Shown here: in pieces, positions 1 through 13,985 of the stretch
Layout of the letters: each line of letters opens with the position of its first letter
Numbering within the stretch: the first letter of the stretch is position 1
NCBI RefSeq assembly: GCF_006345805.1
Contig: NC_043012.1
Coordinates: forward strand, 19,282,001 to 19,346,000
DNA: 64,000 nt
Direction: 5' to 3'
Origin: Octopus sinensis
Taxonomy: Eukaryota
Position numbers and translations under genes: made by a program
The notes under the pieces: generated by a model
Told to the model about the DNA's origin: nothing
Database searches by the model: none
The model's input: the letters and a program-made list of their open reading frames with translations, nothing else

Positions 1-78
1 TACACGTTAATTTCACGAGCAGGCTGTTCCGTTGATTCGGATCAACCGGAACCCTCGTCGTCGTAACCGACGGAGTGC
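1..78 (+). mobile_element. 3' tail fragment of a tRNA-derived SINE (tail type A), cut by the window edge
   Basis: Reverse complement of the tail seen at 11170-11250 and 31403-31480 (gagggttcc...gatcaacggaacag...gaaattaacgtg). Confidence 0.7.
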
Positions 79-2287
79 TTCCATCCATCCATATTACAAA
101 GAATAAACAGCTGCACGAGGTACGTAATTGACGTTTATTATAAATTCACAAGAATTAATGTAAATCAATGCATATTCTACAAATAAAAATTAATGAAGCT
201 GTTCAGAAACGTTCTTCAATATGTTCTCAGAAGTGGATATTACTCGTAACTAGCTATGACATTTTTGCATTTATGAATCAGCCAGAATCTATATGTATAA
301 TTAGTATAAAAATTAGAGTAATGCTACGTCTAATTTGAAATATACATGCTTTTTTAACATAGATGCAAAAGCAGATACAGTATATTGATATCTTTTAACT
401 GCTTAGCTTTCAAGTTGCTAATTGCAACAACGCTAACCTGCGCTAAACGCTTTTAACTGTACCAGGTGGAACTTATGCAACGTTTCTATGAAACGGTCAA
501 TATGTTGAGGATTTTTTTTTCTTTTCCAGCAAATAATTTTAATGTTTATATGTGTGTGTCTGTGCGTATGCATGTATGTTTATGTATACATGTAAGCATG
601 TATGTGTATATATAATATATATATATATATACGAGAAAGAAGCAACAAGAATGGTTTATTTTTTAGTACAATTGTTTCATACAAAGACATGCTTTATTAC
701 AAGTTGCAAAAATTGCAGCAGATATATATATATACGTATGTATCTGTGTATGTGTCTATGTGAACATGCTTGAATGTATGTGTGTGTGTGTGTATGTGTG
801 TATGCATCAATGTATCTATATATTTATGTTAATATGGTCAAAATGTATGTATAAATATCTACATATGCTGTAATGATATATTCAGATAGTTTGTCTTTAT
901 AGGGAAGTCATGAACAGGATAAGATTAATACACAACTTCCGAAATATGTCATAAAGTGACTGCAATATTGGCTAAACAATGCAACAGACAAAATATGATT
1001 GACAGGATTTTTGCCGATTCCTAATACTTACAACATTCATTCAAGATTTAGCAGTACACCGTACGGCAGATATTTGAAGCGACATTTTGTAATCTTTCTA
1101 TTGAAATTAAAGAAAACGAAGCGTTCTCATAGAGTAAGTCTGAAACAGTAATAAGTGGAAGAGAAATTTAGGGTGTAGTATTAGGATGAAATCGAAATGC
1201 CAAGTTAACATTTAATAACAGTAGCGGGAATTTGCCTTGGGCTTTTGGGTGTACCCTGTTTGTATTTGATTTAAATATTTCATTGTGTCCTCCTTTCTCA
1301 ACCAAGAAAACACTGTATATATTACGAGCTATACACATGATTTATTTCATTAATTAGTTTTCCTGTAACATTCTTATAATATCCCAGTGACTCAGCGAGA
1401 CAGATTTAATTCGTAAGAGGAGAAACATCAGTTAACCACCGAAGATCAATTGCTATTCCCTCTATTTAGAGTTGTATAAACTTACATTCGCACGCACGTA
1501 TATACACACGCGCAGGAATATATTTGTTTGCGTCTACGCCTATTATTTTATCGAGTCAGTACTAACGCCTGAATATTTATTGGAAGAACAGACAGACAAC
1601 TAGTCGCACACCTTCGGCTTTTGGCCTTTTATTTTTCGCAAATCGCTTGCATATATCCATCTACCTTTTGGTTAAACATCGTTGGACCAATCCACAAATT
1701 GGTTGTACAATGAAAAATGAAACAACATGATTGAAAGGTTGTTTGCTGGTTCCTAATTTGTGCAGTATTATGTAAAGGTTTAGCAGTATAACGTACGGGA
1801 GACATTTGAAGACGCTTTTTATAATCATACCAGGTACAACTATTGTTGCGACCCCTAGATTTCGATCGATGATCTCTGGGAAGGAGATAGATTTAAGGAA
1901 TCGTACCAATTGGGGGATGGATATAACTAATTGGTAGACGGATATAAGCAATCGTGTGAGTGTGTGGAGAGATATTTGCGTGTGTGTAACGCATTTTATT
2001 AATGTTTGAAGAAACATTTTATTATCATTCATAAGCTTACCCCATGAGAGTCCTTATTTTTTGCACACACACGCACACACAAGCACGATTGTTTATATCC
2101 GTCTATCATTTTGTAATAGCCAGCTACCAATTGATATGATTGCTTACATCCATCTACCTGCCCAGAGATCATCCATCTAAATCATCCACTCCACAGTGGT
2201 TGCAACAATAATTGTGCTTGGAGGAGACCACATTCAGAAATTCATTGAAACAAACCTATTATCAAATGCATTTTATCCTCTTTCTTA

Positions 2288-2295
2288 GCCCTATA

Positions 2296-2378
<83 letters not shown>

Positions 2379-2409
2379 ATATCTATCTATCTATCTATCT
2401 ATATATCTA

Positions 2410-2449
<40 letters not shown>

Positions 2450-2450
2450 A
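2288..2450. repeat. (ATCT)n/(CT)n/(TA)n compound microsatellite, representative of dozens in the window
   Basis: Direct reading. Similar tracts at 22055-22200, 22415-22565, 28268-28410 and many (TA)n/(CA)n runs. Confidence 0.95.
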
Positions 2451-2512
2451 CTAGCGAGCTGTTTCTCTCTCTCTCTCTCCTTATCTAATCTATCTATCTA
2501 TGTGTATCTAGA

Positions 2513-2863
2513 CACGTTAAAGTGTCTACCCGCTAAAATAAGAGTTAAAACCCTCATTTGGACCACCCCAAAATAGTAACACTGAAAGTAAGAGATTCAG
2601 AAGTTTTCAACGTGGCGAAATGTGAAGATGTTTCACAGGGTTAAAATTTACTGAAGAAGGTAAGAACTTTGTATCAAACTAGAAACTGGACCACATATAT
2701 TTCATCCTTTAAATATATAGCGTTATGCTAAATAGGTATGTGAGAGATTGTTTTCTGTTCGCTCGCCCGTATACTTTTGAATCTGTTACTTTCACTGTTA
2801 ATTTTTTTCTCGTTCAAATGAGTGTTTTAACTCTTATTTCTAGCGGGTTAACACTTTAATGAG
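2513..2863. mobile_element. MITE with ~90-bp imperfect terminal inverted repeats
   Basis: Left end cacgttaaagtgtctacccgctaaaataagagttaaaaccctcatttg...gaaagtaagagattcagaagt matches the reverse complement of 2770-2863 (ctcattaaagtgttaacccgctagaaataagagttaaaacactcatttg...gaaagtaacagattcaaaagt). Confidence 0.75.
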
Positions 2864-3843
2864 TACTGTGGTTCATATATATACACACACGCACACAAAC
2901 ACATACATAAAAACGCACTCACATGCACACACGCAGATGCATACACACATACACAAAGACAGACACTCTCAGACACATATATATATAAATATATCCGTTA
3001 CCTGTAAAAAATATCATTTGTTCAATATAGCGGTAGCTCTTAATACAGATTCATCACGGGAAGCCTAATTAATTGCGATATTGCCCTGAGATAGTATCGC
3101 ATATAGACGTATACCATTAAATAGCAACGTTTATATTAGTAGCGGTGGAAAATCTTCCAGCAGGGGTGAAGGTATTGCATGATGCGCATTTTTTTGTTTC
3201 TTTGGGATAAATGTCATTCAATATATTTCACCTGCCAAACCTACATTGGCAGGTGGATTGTTGTGAAAGAAAACTGAGATAGGTTTAATTAGAGAGAAGC
3301 GATTGTGTACGATCTTTATACAAATATATAAATATATATATGTATGTATGCATATGTATATATCTAGGTGCATACATATATATATGTGTGTGTGCTTGAG
3401 TGTGTGTGTATACATGCGTGTATAAATATATATGTGGGTGAGTGTATACATACGTGCAAATATATATATATATTATATATATATATATTATATATATGTA
3501 TATATATATATATATACATACATGTATATATCGGTATATACATATACACATGCACACACATATACATATATTGATATACAAGCATAAATGCTCGAAATAC
3601 GAGAGTAGAAAAACAGCCAACAATTAATGAAGGTTCGTTCCTTATGTTGTTTGTTTTGTTTTCAATTTGCGACTATTTTGTTCGTAAAATAGTTCATATT
3701 CCACGTACTCGTACTTCGTGTTTTGTTGTACACGTTTCATGACGTTATACGTATGTATAGATGCACATATATATTATTTATATTATATATATATATAATA
3801 TAAATAATACACACACACATATATACATATATATATGTATATG

Positions 3844-3874
<31 letters not shown>

Positions 3875-3879
3875 CAAAA

Positions 3880-4164
3880 AAGGGTGAGATATAATTAATT
3901 TAATAAAATTAATAAATTTCACCAAGTAGATTTTTCGGTATGGAAAAGACTATATTTGGTAAGAATTATATTAATTATAATAAAGGGTTACTTGCAATAA
4001 GTTCTCAAAACCACATATCGAAAATATTAGAAATAGTAGCCAAATAGATCACTATTTCTCTTACTAATATTAGTAGGAGAAATAGTGATCTATTTGTCTG
4101 GTATTTCTAATATTTTCAGCATGCGGTTTTGAGCAACTTGTTGCAATTAACTCTTTATTATAAT

Positions 4165-4170
<6 letters not shown>
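3880..4170. mobile_element. Non-autonomous (TA)n-flanked element with an internal ~195-bp hairpin; related to the 546-bp array monomer
   Basis: 3880-3960 aligns with 39155-39230 and with the end of the array-1 unit (gggtga.atataattaatt...aatttcaccaagt...ttcggtatggaaaag). 3972-4166 is an imperfect palindrome. Confidence 0.6.
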
Positions 4171-4219
<49 letters not shown>

Positions 4220-4271
4220 TATGTATAGATATGTGAATAATATGAATTATATATTTATATATATATAATAA

Positions 4272-5345
4272 TTTGGGTTGGAAACTAAGTCTCGCCGTTC
4301 TTTTTTTAACTTTATTGCGTTTTTAAATTTTGGAATCTATTTTGTTTCCTTTCTAGTTAATTTTAGTTAAATTTCGCTTATTTTTAGATCATTAAAAATG
4401 GAAAGACAAGTTAAGACAAATGAGCATTTTGGACACCTCTTTCTTTTGAAAATTTGACCTCAAAGATGCACTTTGTTCTGGGTGTGCAGCTGAGTTCGAT
4501 GAAGAGCGATTAAACTTTTGCAGGAATATTTTTCTTTAAACGACATGTGAACTGGCAGAGGAAATGGAATGCTCATACACTGTTATAGAGAAGCATCTTC
4601 ATTCGATGGGAAAGGTTTAGAATTATGGAACATGTGTTCCGCATGCTTTAAGTGGCGACAACAAAAATCATCGAGCCACAACCTCCGCTGGTTTGCTTGT
4701 TCATCACCGCTCAAATCATGGAAACAAGCAACGATTTCTTTACCGAATCGTTACTGCCGACGAAAAGTGGTGTCTGTACATCTATAGCAAGCAGCGTAAG
4801 AAATGGCTTCACCCCGGTAAACAAGCGACACCGCACGTGAAGCTAGACCTTAATTCACGTAAAACGATGTTGTGCGTATGGTGGGACTGGGAAAGAATTA
4901 TCCACTACGGATTGCTTGAACGGAACCAAACGCTTAACGCAGAAATCTATGCTCAAAAGATGGAACGACTAAACGCAGCTATTCAAGAGAAAAGGCCTAA
5001 TAGCCAGCAAGGAGTTGTTCTGCTGCATGTTACGCCCGCCCTCATATCGCCAATATGACCAAGGAAGCCCTTCAAACGCATGGCTGGGAAGTGCTACCGC
5101 ACCCGCGTACTCTCCTAATTCGGCACCAACGGATTTCCACCTCCATCCATCTCTTTCAAATGCTATGCGCGGAGTTTCGTTCAATATTGATGCATAATTT
5201 AGACCTTGGTTGGATCAATTTTTCGTGTCGAAATCGGGTGATTTCTACCAACTAGGTATTAAAATCTTGTTGAACGTTGGGAAGAAGTTTTAAACAACAA
5301 TGGTGGATACATTATTAATTTTTTTTTTTATTAAACCTTTAAAAA
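4272..5345 (+). mobile_element. Degenerate mariner transposon copy 1 (D,D34D-type transposase pseudogene)
   Basis: Left TIR ttgggttggaaactaagt; start codon at 4398; VPHAL, RIVTADEKW, TMLCVWWDWERIIHYGLL and a frameshifted YSPNSAPTDF motif. Right TIR not found. Confidence 0.9.
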
Positions 5346-6106
5346 ATAATTCAGTTTAAACTAATATATATATATATTAAACTGATATATATATATATGT
5401 TAGTTTGCATGTATATACACTCACATCCATATATAGTTAAGGCTAGTGGCAACACGTTTATAGTCAGAAGTACCCTAAAATTTCATAAAGGAGATCCTCA
5501 TCACATCTGTCAACCTCTGATATCACAATAAAATCTCACGTCTTGGTAGGTAGCTAGCTACCCTTCCTTATGAACACAAAAGCTGTTACAACAGTCGTGT
5601 AGTGGTTAATGTATGATTATGCTAAGCGTATTCTGTGCATTGGCATTAATAAACAGTTACCTTCTAATTGAATTCCTGGAAAAGGATGTTGGTCCTGCAA
5701 ATATTTGTAATACTAAATAATCGATGACAGTAACTGTGATTCTAATAACTAACCTCAATTGTGATAATAAAAACATTGTAATAATCATCAAAAACAAGTT
5801 TGTGAGATAATTGAATTTCAAAATCATTTCAGCAGTGACATTTTCACACAAGTCTAAGTAATGAAAAATCAATTACTTACATTCTAATGATAAGCTGATA
5901 GCAAAGATTTGAAATATCTTTTCTCAGGCAACAGAGACTGTTTGTATTTGCAGTAGTCGGTATAACTTAGCCCGGTGTCTCTCGTAGAGATAGCAATGTT
6001 TATAGAAAAGTATTCAATTATTGCAACGGGGCTCGAAAACAGAATAGCACACACACATAAGCTCTCGCGGCGTTATATACAATATATTTGAGTGTCAGCA
6101 TTCTGT

Positions 6107-6200
<94 letters not shown>

Positions 6201-6211
6201 ATATATATATA

Positions 6212-6258
<47 letters not shown>

Positions 6259-7203
6259 ATATAAATATGTATATATATATATACACACAAACACACACAC
6301 ACATGTGCTTGTATGTATTATGTGAATAACATTCTCCGAAAGAAAATAATAATGAGATATATTCGCTGCAGTAGAAGAGGTATTATGTGGGCTCCCTTGA
6401 CGGTAGAATACAGGGTACTGGCACTAGCAAACTTCGAGTTCCACAATTTTATCATTTTCGATCATGCCGCCTTGATATGAAGAGAATTTACAAGGCAAAG
6501 TGTATGCTCAAATATATAATTCTAAGAATATGGTAACGTAAATACAACACAGAAGTCTCGAGTCCTAAGAATATTGTCCTATATATAGCTTTGCAGACGT
6601 ACTTATAGTTTTATGTGCATGTATATAGATTGATGCGAGTGTGCGTATATGTATATAGGCGCGCATGGGCACGTCTGCACAAACACACACACACACAAGC
6701 ACACACATACGCGCGCACATACACACACACGCTTGGATAAACACGTAAGCGCGCGCACGAAGACATATACCCAGGCATATGCACACATGCACACACATGC
6801 GTATTGATTTATATGTACATATGTATATTCGCATTCATATACACATGCATACCAGTGTTTGCGCACATGCGCATGCGCGAGTATACATGTGCAAAATAAG
6901 CATTTGTAAGTAATGTTTGTTGGTAGGCGCTGCGGGTTGGTAAACATTTGCGACTGGTAAATGGCTGTCCTGCCCAAGGGTTTGTTTGGTAGCGGTGACC
7001 TGGGTACTGGTGATGCAAAGTAGGAGCTCATGTTAGGATGATATGTCCGGATTATCGGCAGTCAGGGGCCTGAAATTTGCCAGAAGGGCATACCTCCCGT
7101 GAGAGAAATGCGATAAATCTTATTTCTTGTATTTATATAAATATATATAAGCAAATATATACAATATATATACATACATGCCTACACACACATATATACA
7201 TGC

Positions 7204-7245
<42 letters not shown>

Positions 7246-7543
7246 TGTGTGTGTGTGTGTGTATATATGCATATATATATGTGTGTGTGTATGTGTGTGT
7301 ATAAAATGAAAGACGGAATATGGAATATACGAGGATTTATTACTAATCACAATTTTTTCGACGTATCCAGCATCAATCAGTCTCAGAAGGGACACTCAAC
7401 ATCTGCTTCAGTAACATCCAGCCGTGCAGTTGTTTCTCATCGGGTGATAAATTAACGCGACTCATTAAAATAACAGTTCCGCAAAAATATCATCTCATTT
7501 CGTCGAAAGAAAAGCAGCAGCTCCAAAGAAATATCTTCTTTAA

Positions 7544-7859
7544 CCCCTTACCCAACAATTATTTTGAAAATAAATGTATTTTTTCAGACATATTTTTAAA
7601 TTGTTTTATTTTACTATGTTTTGAATGGTGATTTCGAGGTATATTTCAAACCTTATTTATTATGAATTTTAATTCAATAATATTGATTTTAAATTACCGC
7701 TTTGGGCAGAAACCAGTGTCAAAAAAGAGTTGATAATAGACGAAGGAACTCGTTTGCTGTCGATTTTGGCGAGTCTATCTTTTGACGAGTCAACTCGCCA
7801 GAGATAGAATAAAACGATTTCGGTCAAAACGCATATATTCGTTTCTGCCGGGTAAGGGG
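7544..7859. mobile_element. piggyBac-type MITE
   Basis: TTAA|CCCCTTACCC at 7540-7553 and GGGTAAGGGG|TTAA at 7850-7863: a perfect 10-bp TIR with TTAA target-site duplication. Confidence 0.8.
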
Positions 7860-8090
7860 TTAACATAGAAGATCAAAAATAAAATCAAGATGCAAAAAAC
7901 AAACGGATAATGTATTAAAAATAACGGTTGACAAATAATGATGCATGAATACCTACGCGCAATCAGCATGGCGCGTGTACACTCGCCCATAGAAACATCC
8001 GCGAAAACGTAAGCACACGAAGACGTGTGGTTTGGTGCTCTCACAATCACAAATCGAGTTAAATAGCTAGCTACTTGGTATTTATAGTAT

Positions 8091-8325
8091 GGCGGGAGCT
8101 GGCAAAAACGTTAGCACGCTGGACGAAATGCGTAGCCGTATTTCGTCTACCGTTACGTTCTGAGTTCGAATTCCGCCGAGGTCGACTTTGCCTTTCATCC
8201 TTTCGGGGTCGATAAATTAAGTACCATTTACGCACTGGGGTCGATGCAATGGACTTAAGCCGTTTGTCTGTCCTTGTTTATCCTCTCTGTGTTTAGCCCC
8301 TTGTGGGTAGTAAAGAAATATGTAT
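8091..8325 (+). mobile_element. tRNA-derived SINE (family S1)
   Basis: Box A-like gagctggcaaaaacgttag and box B-like gagttcgaattcc, followed by a conserved body. Near-identical copy at 24383-24612. Confidence 0.85.
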
Positions 8326-9913
8326 TTATAAGAATTGAGAGGCTAAAACTAAACTAAATTCATCAATACCTTAAAGTAAATTATGTTAACACCTACGCAA
8401 ATTCATTCCCACTACATTGTGCGAAAGTACATTTATATGCGTTTAGGCATCTTGATCCTTTCAGAAATTCTATTAATAGTCTCCCCATTGTTCCACAGAA
8501 TAGACAGGGATTCCTCAGAGCAGAGACGACACCTCCTGGAAATCATATTATATGTGTTCGTGTGGCTTACTATGAAACAATGTATGCTGTACTTAATATA
8601 ATAATCCTCCTTCATTTACATACAAAATCGGCCAAAGATTTTAAATGTCTCTTATTGACTGTTTTAAAACTATTGATTGTCTTAAAGGTGGCGACAGGGT
8701 TATGAGATATATGCATGTATGTAAATCAATCCAATCCGGAAACAAATCCATATTATGGACATTGCACTTCTGCATGTTTTTTGTCATAAAAAACTTATCA
8801 ATTTTACCTCCAACGTTGAGTTTCAGGTAACAATCAGGCTGGGATGATGAGTACTTGCCAGAGGTTTTCCTGCTGGTGAGTGTGGAGGAATACCTCTATG
8901 GTGATTAAATTTTAATCTAACTCAATTTTCTTTACGGAGTGAAAGCATAATTGTATCCTTTCATACGTTCGGAATAGCACCATACCACCAGACTACAAAA
9001 GAACCCCGTGAAAATTATGTGTGGTGCTACCATCGCAAATCGCAAGCTCTCAGCATAGATACTAATTTTACCAAATGCTTAACCAGCATTGCTATACTAG
9101 TATATTGAGTGTAAAATTCGAAATTGCTGATGGCATTTCTTTGAAGAATACTGATAATTACTGTATCACCACTCGACTCATAGTTTAGAAGTTCAGAAAA
9201 ATGTCCGTATCATCCAGCTGTGATTTCTAACGTATTACTAAATGGAGTTAGGATAAGCAGGCAGATGCTGATGGAATTTCATTGTTTATGATTGAAATCT
9301 ACGCTATTACATAAAATTAATGCCACGTCAACTCTCTCTCTCCCCTCATTTAATATACCCTGCATTAAAATAGAAGCTACTAATAGTTTGTTGCTATTAA
9401 CACACACGTGGTTAGGCCCGTTGTTGTAACGGACCTTAAAGCAATCTTACTTCTGGAATAGAATACAAAGGAGAATAGAAACAGAAAAAAGTAAGGGACA
9501 AATGAAAGAAATTTAGAGTTATGTCACCTTTCATCACAGGATTCATAATTAAAGTAGCTGTTGCAGTATAATTCAACAAAGAGAAGCACATGTCTGCAAA
9601 AGCGATGCGCAGTCCGGGGCGATAGGAGTCCTCGACATCGGCTACAGAAATTTCTTCATGCGCTTACGGATTTTAATTTATGTTGTACCTCTTATTTTAT
9701 TCCCTTCTATATTAAACGGTATTTATCTCTCAGTGTATGAAATATATTTTGCTGATCATACGTTATCGGAACCATATATTATAGATTCTATATAAATACA
9801 ATGCTATATAATATGATATAATATAATATATATTATAAACATATAGTATATGTATCATATGATTACATGCTATACACGCACACAACCCACACACATATAC
9901 ATACATGCATATA

Positions 9914-9986
<73 letters not shown>

Positions 9987-11007
9987 GTAGTTTTTATGTT
10001 CATATATATTCAATATAGATAATGCGCTTTTTAACGTCCATATTTTATGTAGTATTAAATTATTTTATTTCTATCTGTGCATACGTATTATAGAAGTGCT
10101 TCGTAATGTTAAGAATTATAAGTGGTAACGTTTTTGAAGTTATCGGAGATTACCACTCAGTATATTCTTAAAAACATAAGATTACATGTCTTCTTTCTAA
10201 TCTTCTTTGTATGGATTAATCCTTAACAAACATGCTGAAATGCGTTGTGAGTATTATCGCTCGCTTAATATGGAAACAATATCTAGGAAAAGCTGCAATT
10301 CCATCATTTGCATTATATCTGAAATTGATTATGGGCATATCAAAGCTAGGCTGCACAATATTACACATGTACTTAGTTATATACATACACGCGTATATAC
10401 AAATATGCATGCATACATATATACATGCTTATAATTGTATATGAATATTTATGTGCAAATAAAAGTTCGAACGACAAATTTTTATGCTTCATAACTATAA
10501 AGTGTTTGTCTTTTATCTAATGTGGAATGGAGCGTCGAAATCATTTTTAAAATATTTCAAATGCGCATTTGAGTTTGCTTGAAAATTTTTCAGTGTACTA
10601 TTACAGTAAAATGGTGGAAATGGGTGTCGAAAGAAGCCAGACACAATTAGCATATTATGGATGCATAAAGAAAATATTTTTTTCTATTGAAAGCAATTTA
10701 AAATACTGGCTCCAGAATATTTCTAGACTCCCTTTGCATTTCGCCCTCAAAATATATACTTATCGTTGTTGATAATTATGCTTGTCATATAAACTGTCTC
10801 TAGAAAAGAAAAAAAAAGCAGCATTTGTCAACATTCTGATCACCATAACTGCCACACTACTAACAATTCATGCGGTTCTGAGCGAATTCTTCGATATCTT
10901 TAATTTACTTCTATCTGATGGAGCAACTTGAATGATGATTATCATTGGTATATACATACATACACATAAATACACACACGTATGCACGAACACAAATACT
11001 TATATGG

Positions 11008-11064
<57 letters not shown>

Positions 11065-11169
11065 GAGAGAGAGTCAGAGAGAAAGAGAAAAACACTGACT
11101 GTTACAAACATACATTAAATATGATTAGCATATAAATTTATAAATCTCATATCGTAATCTATAACGGGG

Positions 11170-11534
11170 TACTCTGTCGGTTATGCCGACGAGGGTTCCA
11201 GTAGATCCGATCAACGGAACAGACTGGTCATGAAATTAACGTGCAAGTGGCTGATCACTCCACAAAATAACATAGTCTTGGGGGAGATTCAGCGTGACAC
11301 AGAGTGTGACGTCGCTAGCCCTTTGAAATACGGGAACAACAGACACAAGAAGAAAGAATCAGAGAAAGTTGTGGTGAAAGAGTACAGCAGGGTTCGCCAC
11401 CACCCCTGCCGGGGCCTCGTGGAGCTTTAAGTGTTCTAACTCAATAAACACTCACAACGCCCGGTCTGAGAATCGAAACCGCGATCCCACGACCACGTTT
11501 TCAATGCCCTAACCACTGGGCCAATGCTCCTCCA
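11170..11534 (-). mobile_element. tRNA-derived SINE, head/body X with tail A
   Basis: Minus-strand head tggaggagcattggcccagtggttagggc...ggtttcgattctcagaccggg (A and B boxes). Body gagaaagttgtggtgaaagagtacagc is shared with 19430-19705 and 23783-24073. Confidence 0.85.
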
Positions 11535-13767
11535 CCGTAATCTATAATAACTTATAGAAACCATTTTCTACCATTAACACCTTACTGATAATTACTGTGT
11601 GAGAATGCCTGACCTCTGTCCCCTGAACTTCAATATTTATTCTCTATTGCAGTCTCATAATCTTATTTAAAGACCGATTTATCTCTGCGGTTGATTTTAG
11701 TGTACTTAATTGCTGTCAATAGTATAAATACGTTTTGTAATTTATTGTCAATTTGCATTGAGTTTCTCTTTCAATTAATTATTTTCACTTCGTGTTTGTA
11801 CGCAATTTTAGCAAATGCATATCGAATTTTAATTTTCAGTTTTGCATTTCTCGGAATAGATTTGTATTGTTAAGTTATATTCATATAATTCTAAGCACAT
11901 AGTCCGTGTTACACGATAAATTCTTTGGTTATGTTTATTTTATTCTGCATATTAAAGTTGTTGTCATGAAAATCTTTGTCGTCATGACAGGTCTCTTTTA
12001 TCTTTGTGTGCTCGAAGAGTCAATTAGATTTCCTAGATGTATCTAAAAACAAAATGCCGCAGACTGTGTTCTGAATTAGAATGATGTGTGCTGTGTACTT
12101 CCTGCTAATGAAGCAGCAGATTTGAAACTGCATTCAGAAAAATGCTACATTTCTCTTGAAGCATCCTGGTGTGATTAGATTACTTCTTGAATCAAAGGCG
12201 AAACCAAGCCATACATCTATATATCTGCGCTGTATAATCGTTTAAGATTTGTGTAGTAAACGTAGCCAAAAGACATGTCAGTTATGTAAGGAAGAAATGT
12301 TATAGTTACTCTCTTTCTCACAGTCAATAAGAGTAGAACACATAACAAATGTAATTTTTCCTTTGTGAAAAATTCCAGTAATCTAAAAGTGCTTAGATCA
12401 GTACACTGTGTTATAAAAAATGGAAGCACGATAGATTAAGTCTTGACAACGTTATAAAAATGTAGCAAACATCGTTGCAAATTTTATGATGCTCACATCC
12501 CAATCAGTTACATCAGTCGTACAAATGATTGTTTTTATACATAATTGGATCAATTAATTATATTTCCCTAAGGAACATACAATAATGCCACACGATGAAC
12601 TCGTAATAATTTAGAATGCAAACTCTTAACATGGGAGCTTCATTAGAGACGCTACCAGCGTTAATATGTAAGCTTAGTGACGACTGGCAACGATGAAATA
12701 CAACAAGCATTTTCATTCACGGAAGCATGGAGTGAAACTCACATAAAATTATGCATCGACGAAAATATAATACAAAGCATGGAAACAGAAGCAATATCTT
12801 TCGAACTTGCGGTCACTATCTCCAAAAGAATGGTTTTTGAAATCATTTACCAAGTTTGCTTAAAACCTATCATGCTAGTCAAAACATAGTTTACTGGCCT
12901 GAAAAATTAGTAGTTGTATTACTACTAAAGTAATAGGTATTCAAAGTATATAACACATATTTTTTTTTTAAAGTCTCTTATCATAGCAAAATAAAATATA
13001 ATCATTAGTGTAGCAATACAAAAAAAAAACCTTTATTCATTGCACTTCCATAGCGATACCTATAGTACGTGATATTATTAAACAATGACTAATCTATAAA
13101 AATGACAGACGTAAAATATTTAAAAAATACAATATGTTCTAGAAATGATGAAGTTATGAATATCGGTTTATTCTAGTCATGCCTTTCATTAGATATCATT
13201 CATTATATTTTTCCCATATTTTTTTTTTCATTTAAGGACATTTTGGAACATTACATTTTATTCATTTTTTGTTATTGTTTTCTTACATTGTAGTGAGTCT
13301 ATTTATATTATTTTCCACTTTATTGTAGACGCTTAGAATTCCTGGAGCGACTCAGTAAAAGTTGTCGATAGATTTTTTTATCTGTTATACACATTAATTC
13401 AACAGCTTTTATTTTTTACCGTTTATAACAGGTCTACCGAAGAATATGACACCATTCGTGACTAGATATCAAACCTTGAAAATGATATCAAATAAGAGAA
13501 AACTTTTTCAAAAGAGAATAATATATTAGACACATATATAACTAAAATTCACTAGACACTCATTAGGTCTGCAAATAATATCCAGATTCAGAAATTTGTT
13601 TAAAATATTAGTTAAAGAATGAAAACTTTTAATGTTTACCGGCTATGTGAGTTTGCTTATATATTTTAATAAAAATATATATCTATGTTATGAAAATGTT
13701 CAACATCGTGTTTGAACACATCTAGGTATATACATACGCTCCCGCACACATAAATGTGTATGTGTGC

Positions 13768-13861
<94 letters not shown>

Positions 13862-13985
13862 ATGTGTATGTGTGTGTGTATGTCTGTCTGTACATGTATA
13901 CATGTACATACATGCACATTTATATGTATATATATATGCGTATCCCTGTATGCGTTGCATGCATCTATTTATGCTTTTGTATATA

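Noticed and set aside
1661-2032. 123-aa minus-strand ORF
   Set aside because: It overlaps a decayed inverted repeat and has no recognisable domain.
6900-7130. GC-richer patch with ORF start MSSYFASPVPRSPLPNKP
   Set aside because: All three frames are closed just upstream, the ORF runs into a microsatellite, and no homology is recognisable. It cannot be supported as an exon.
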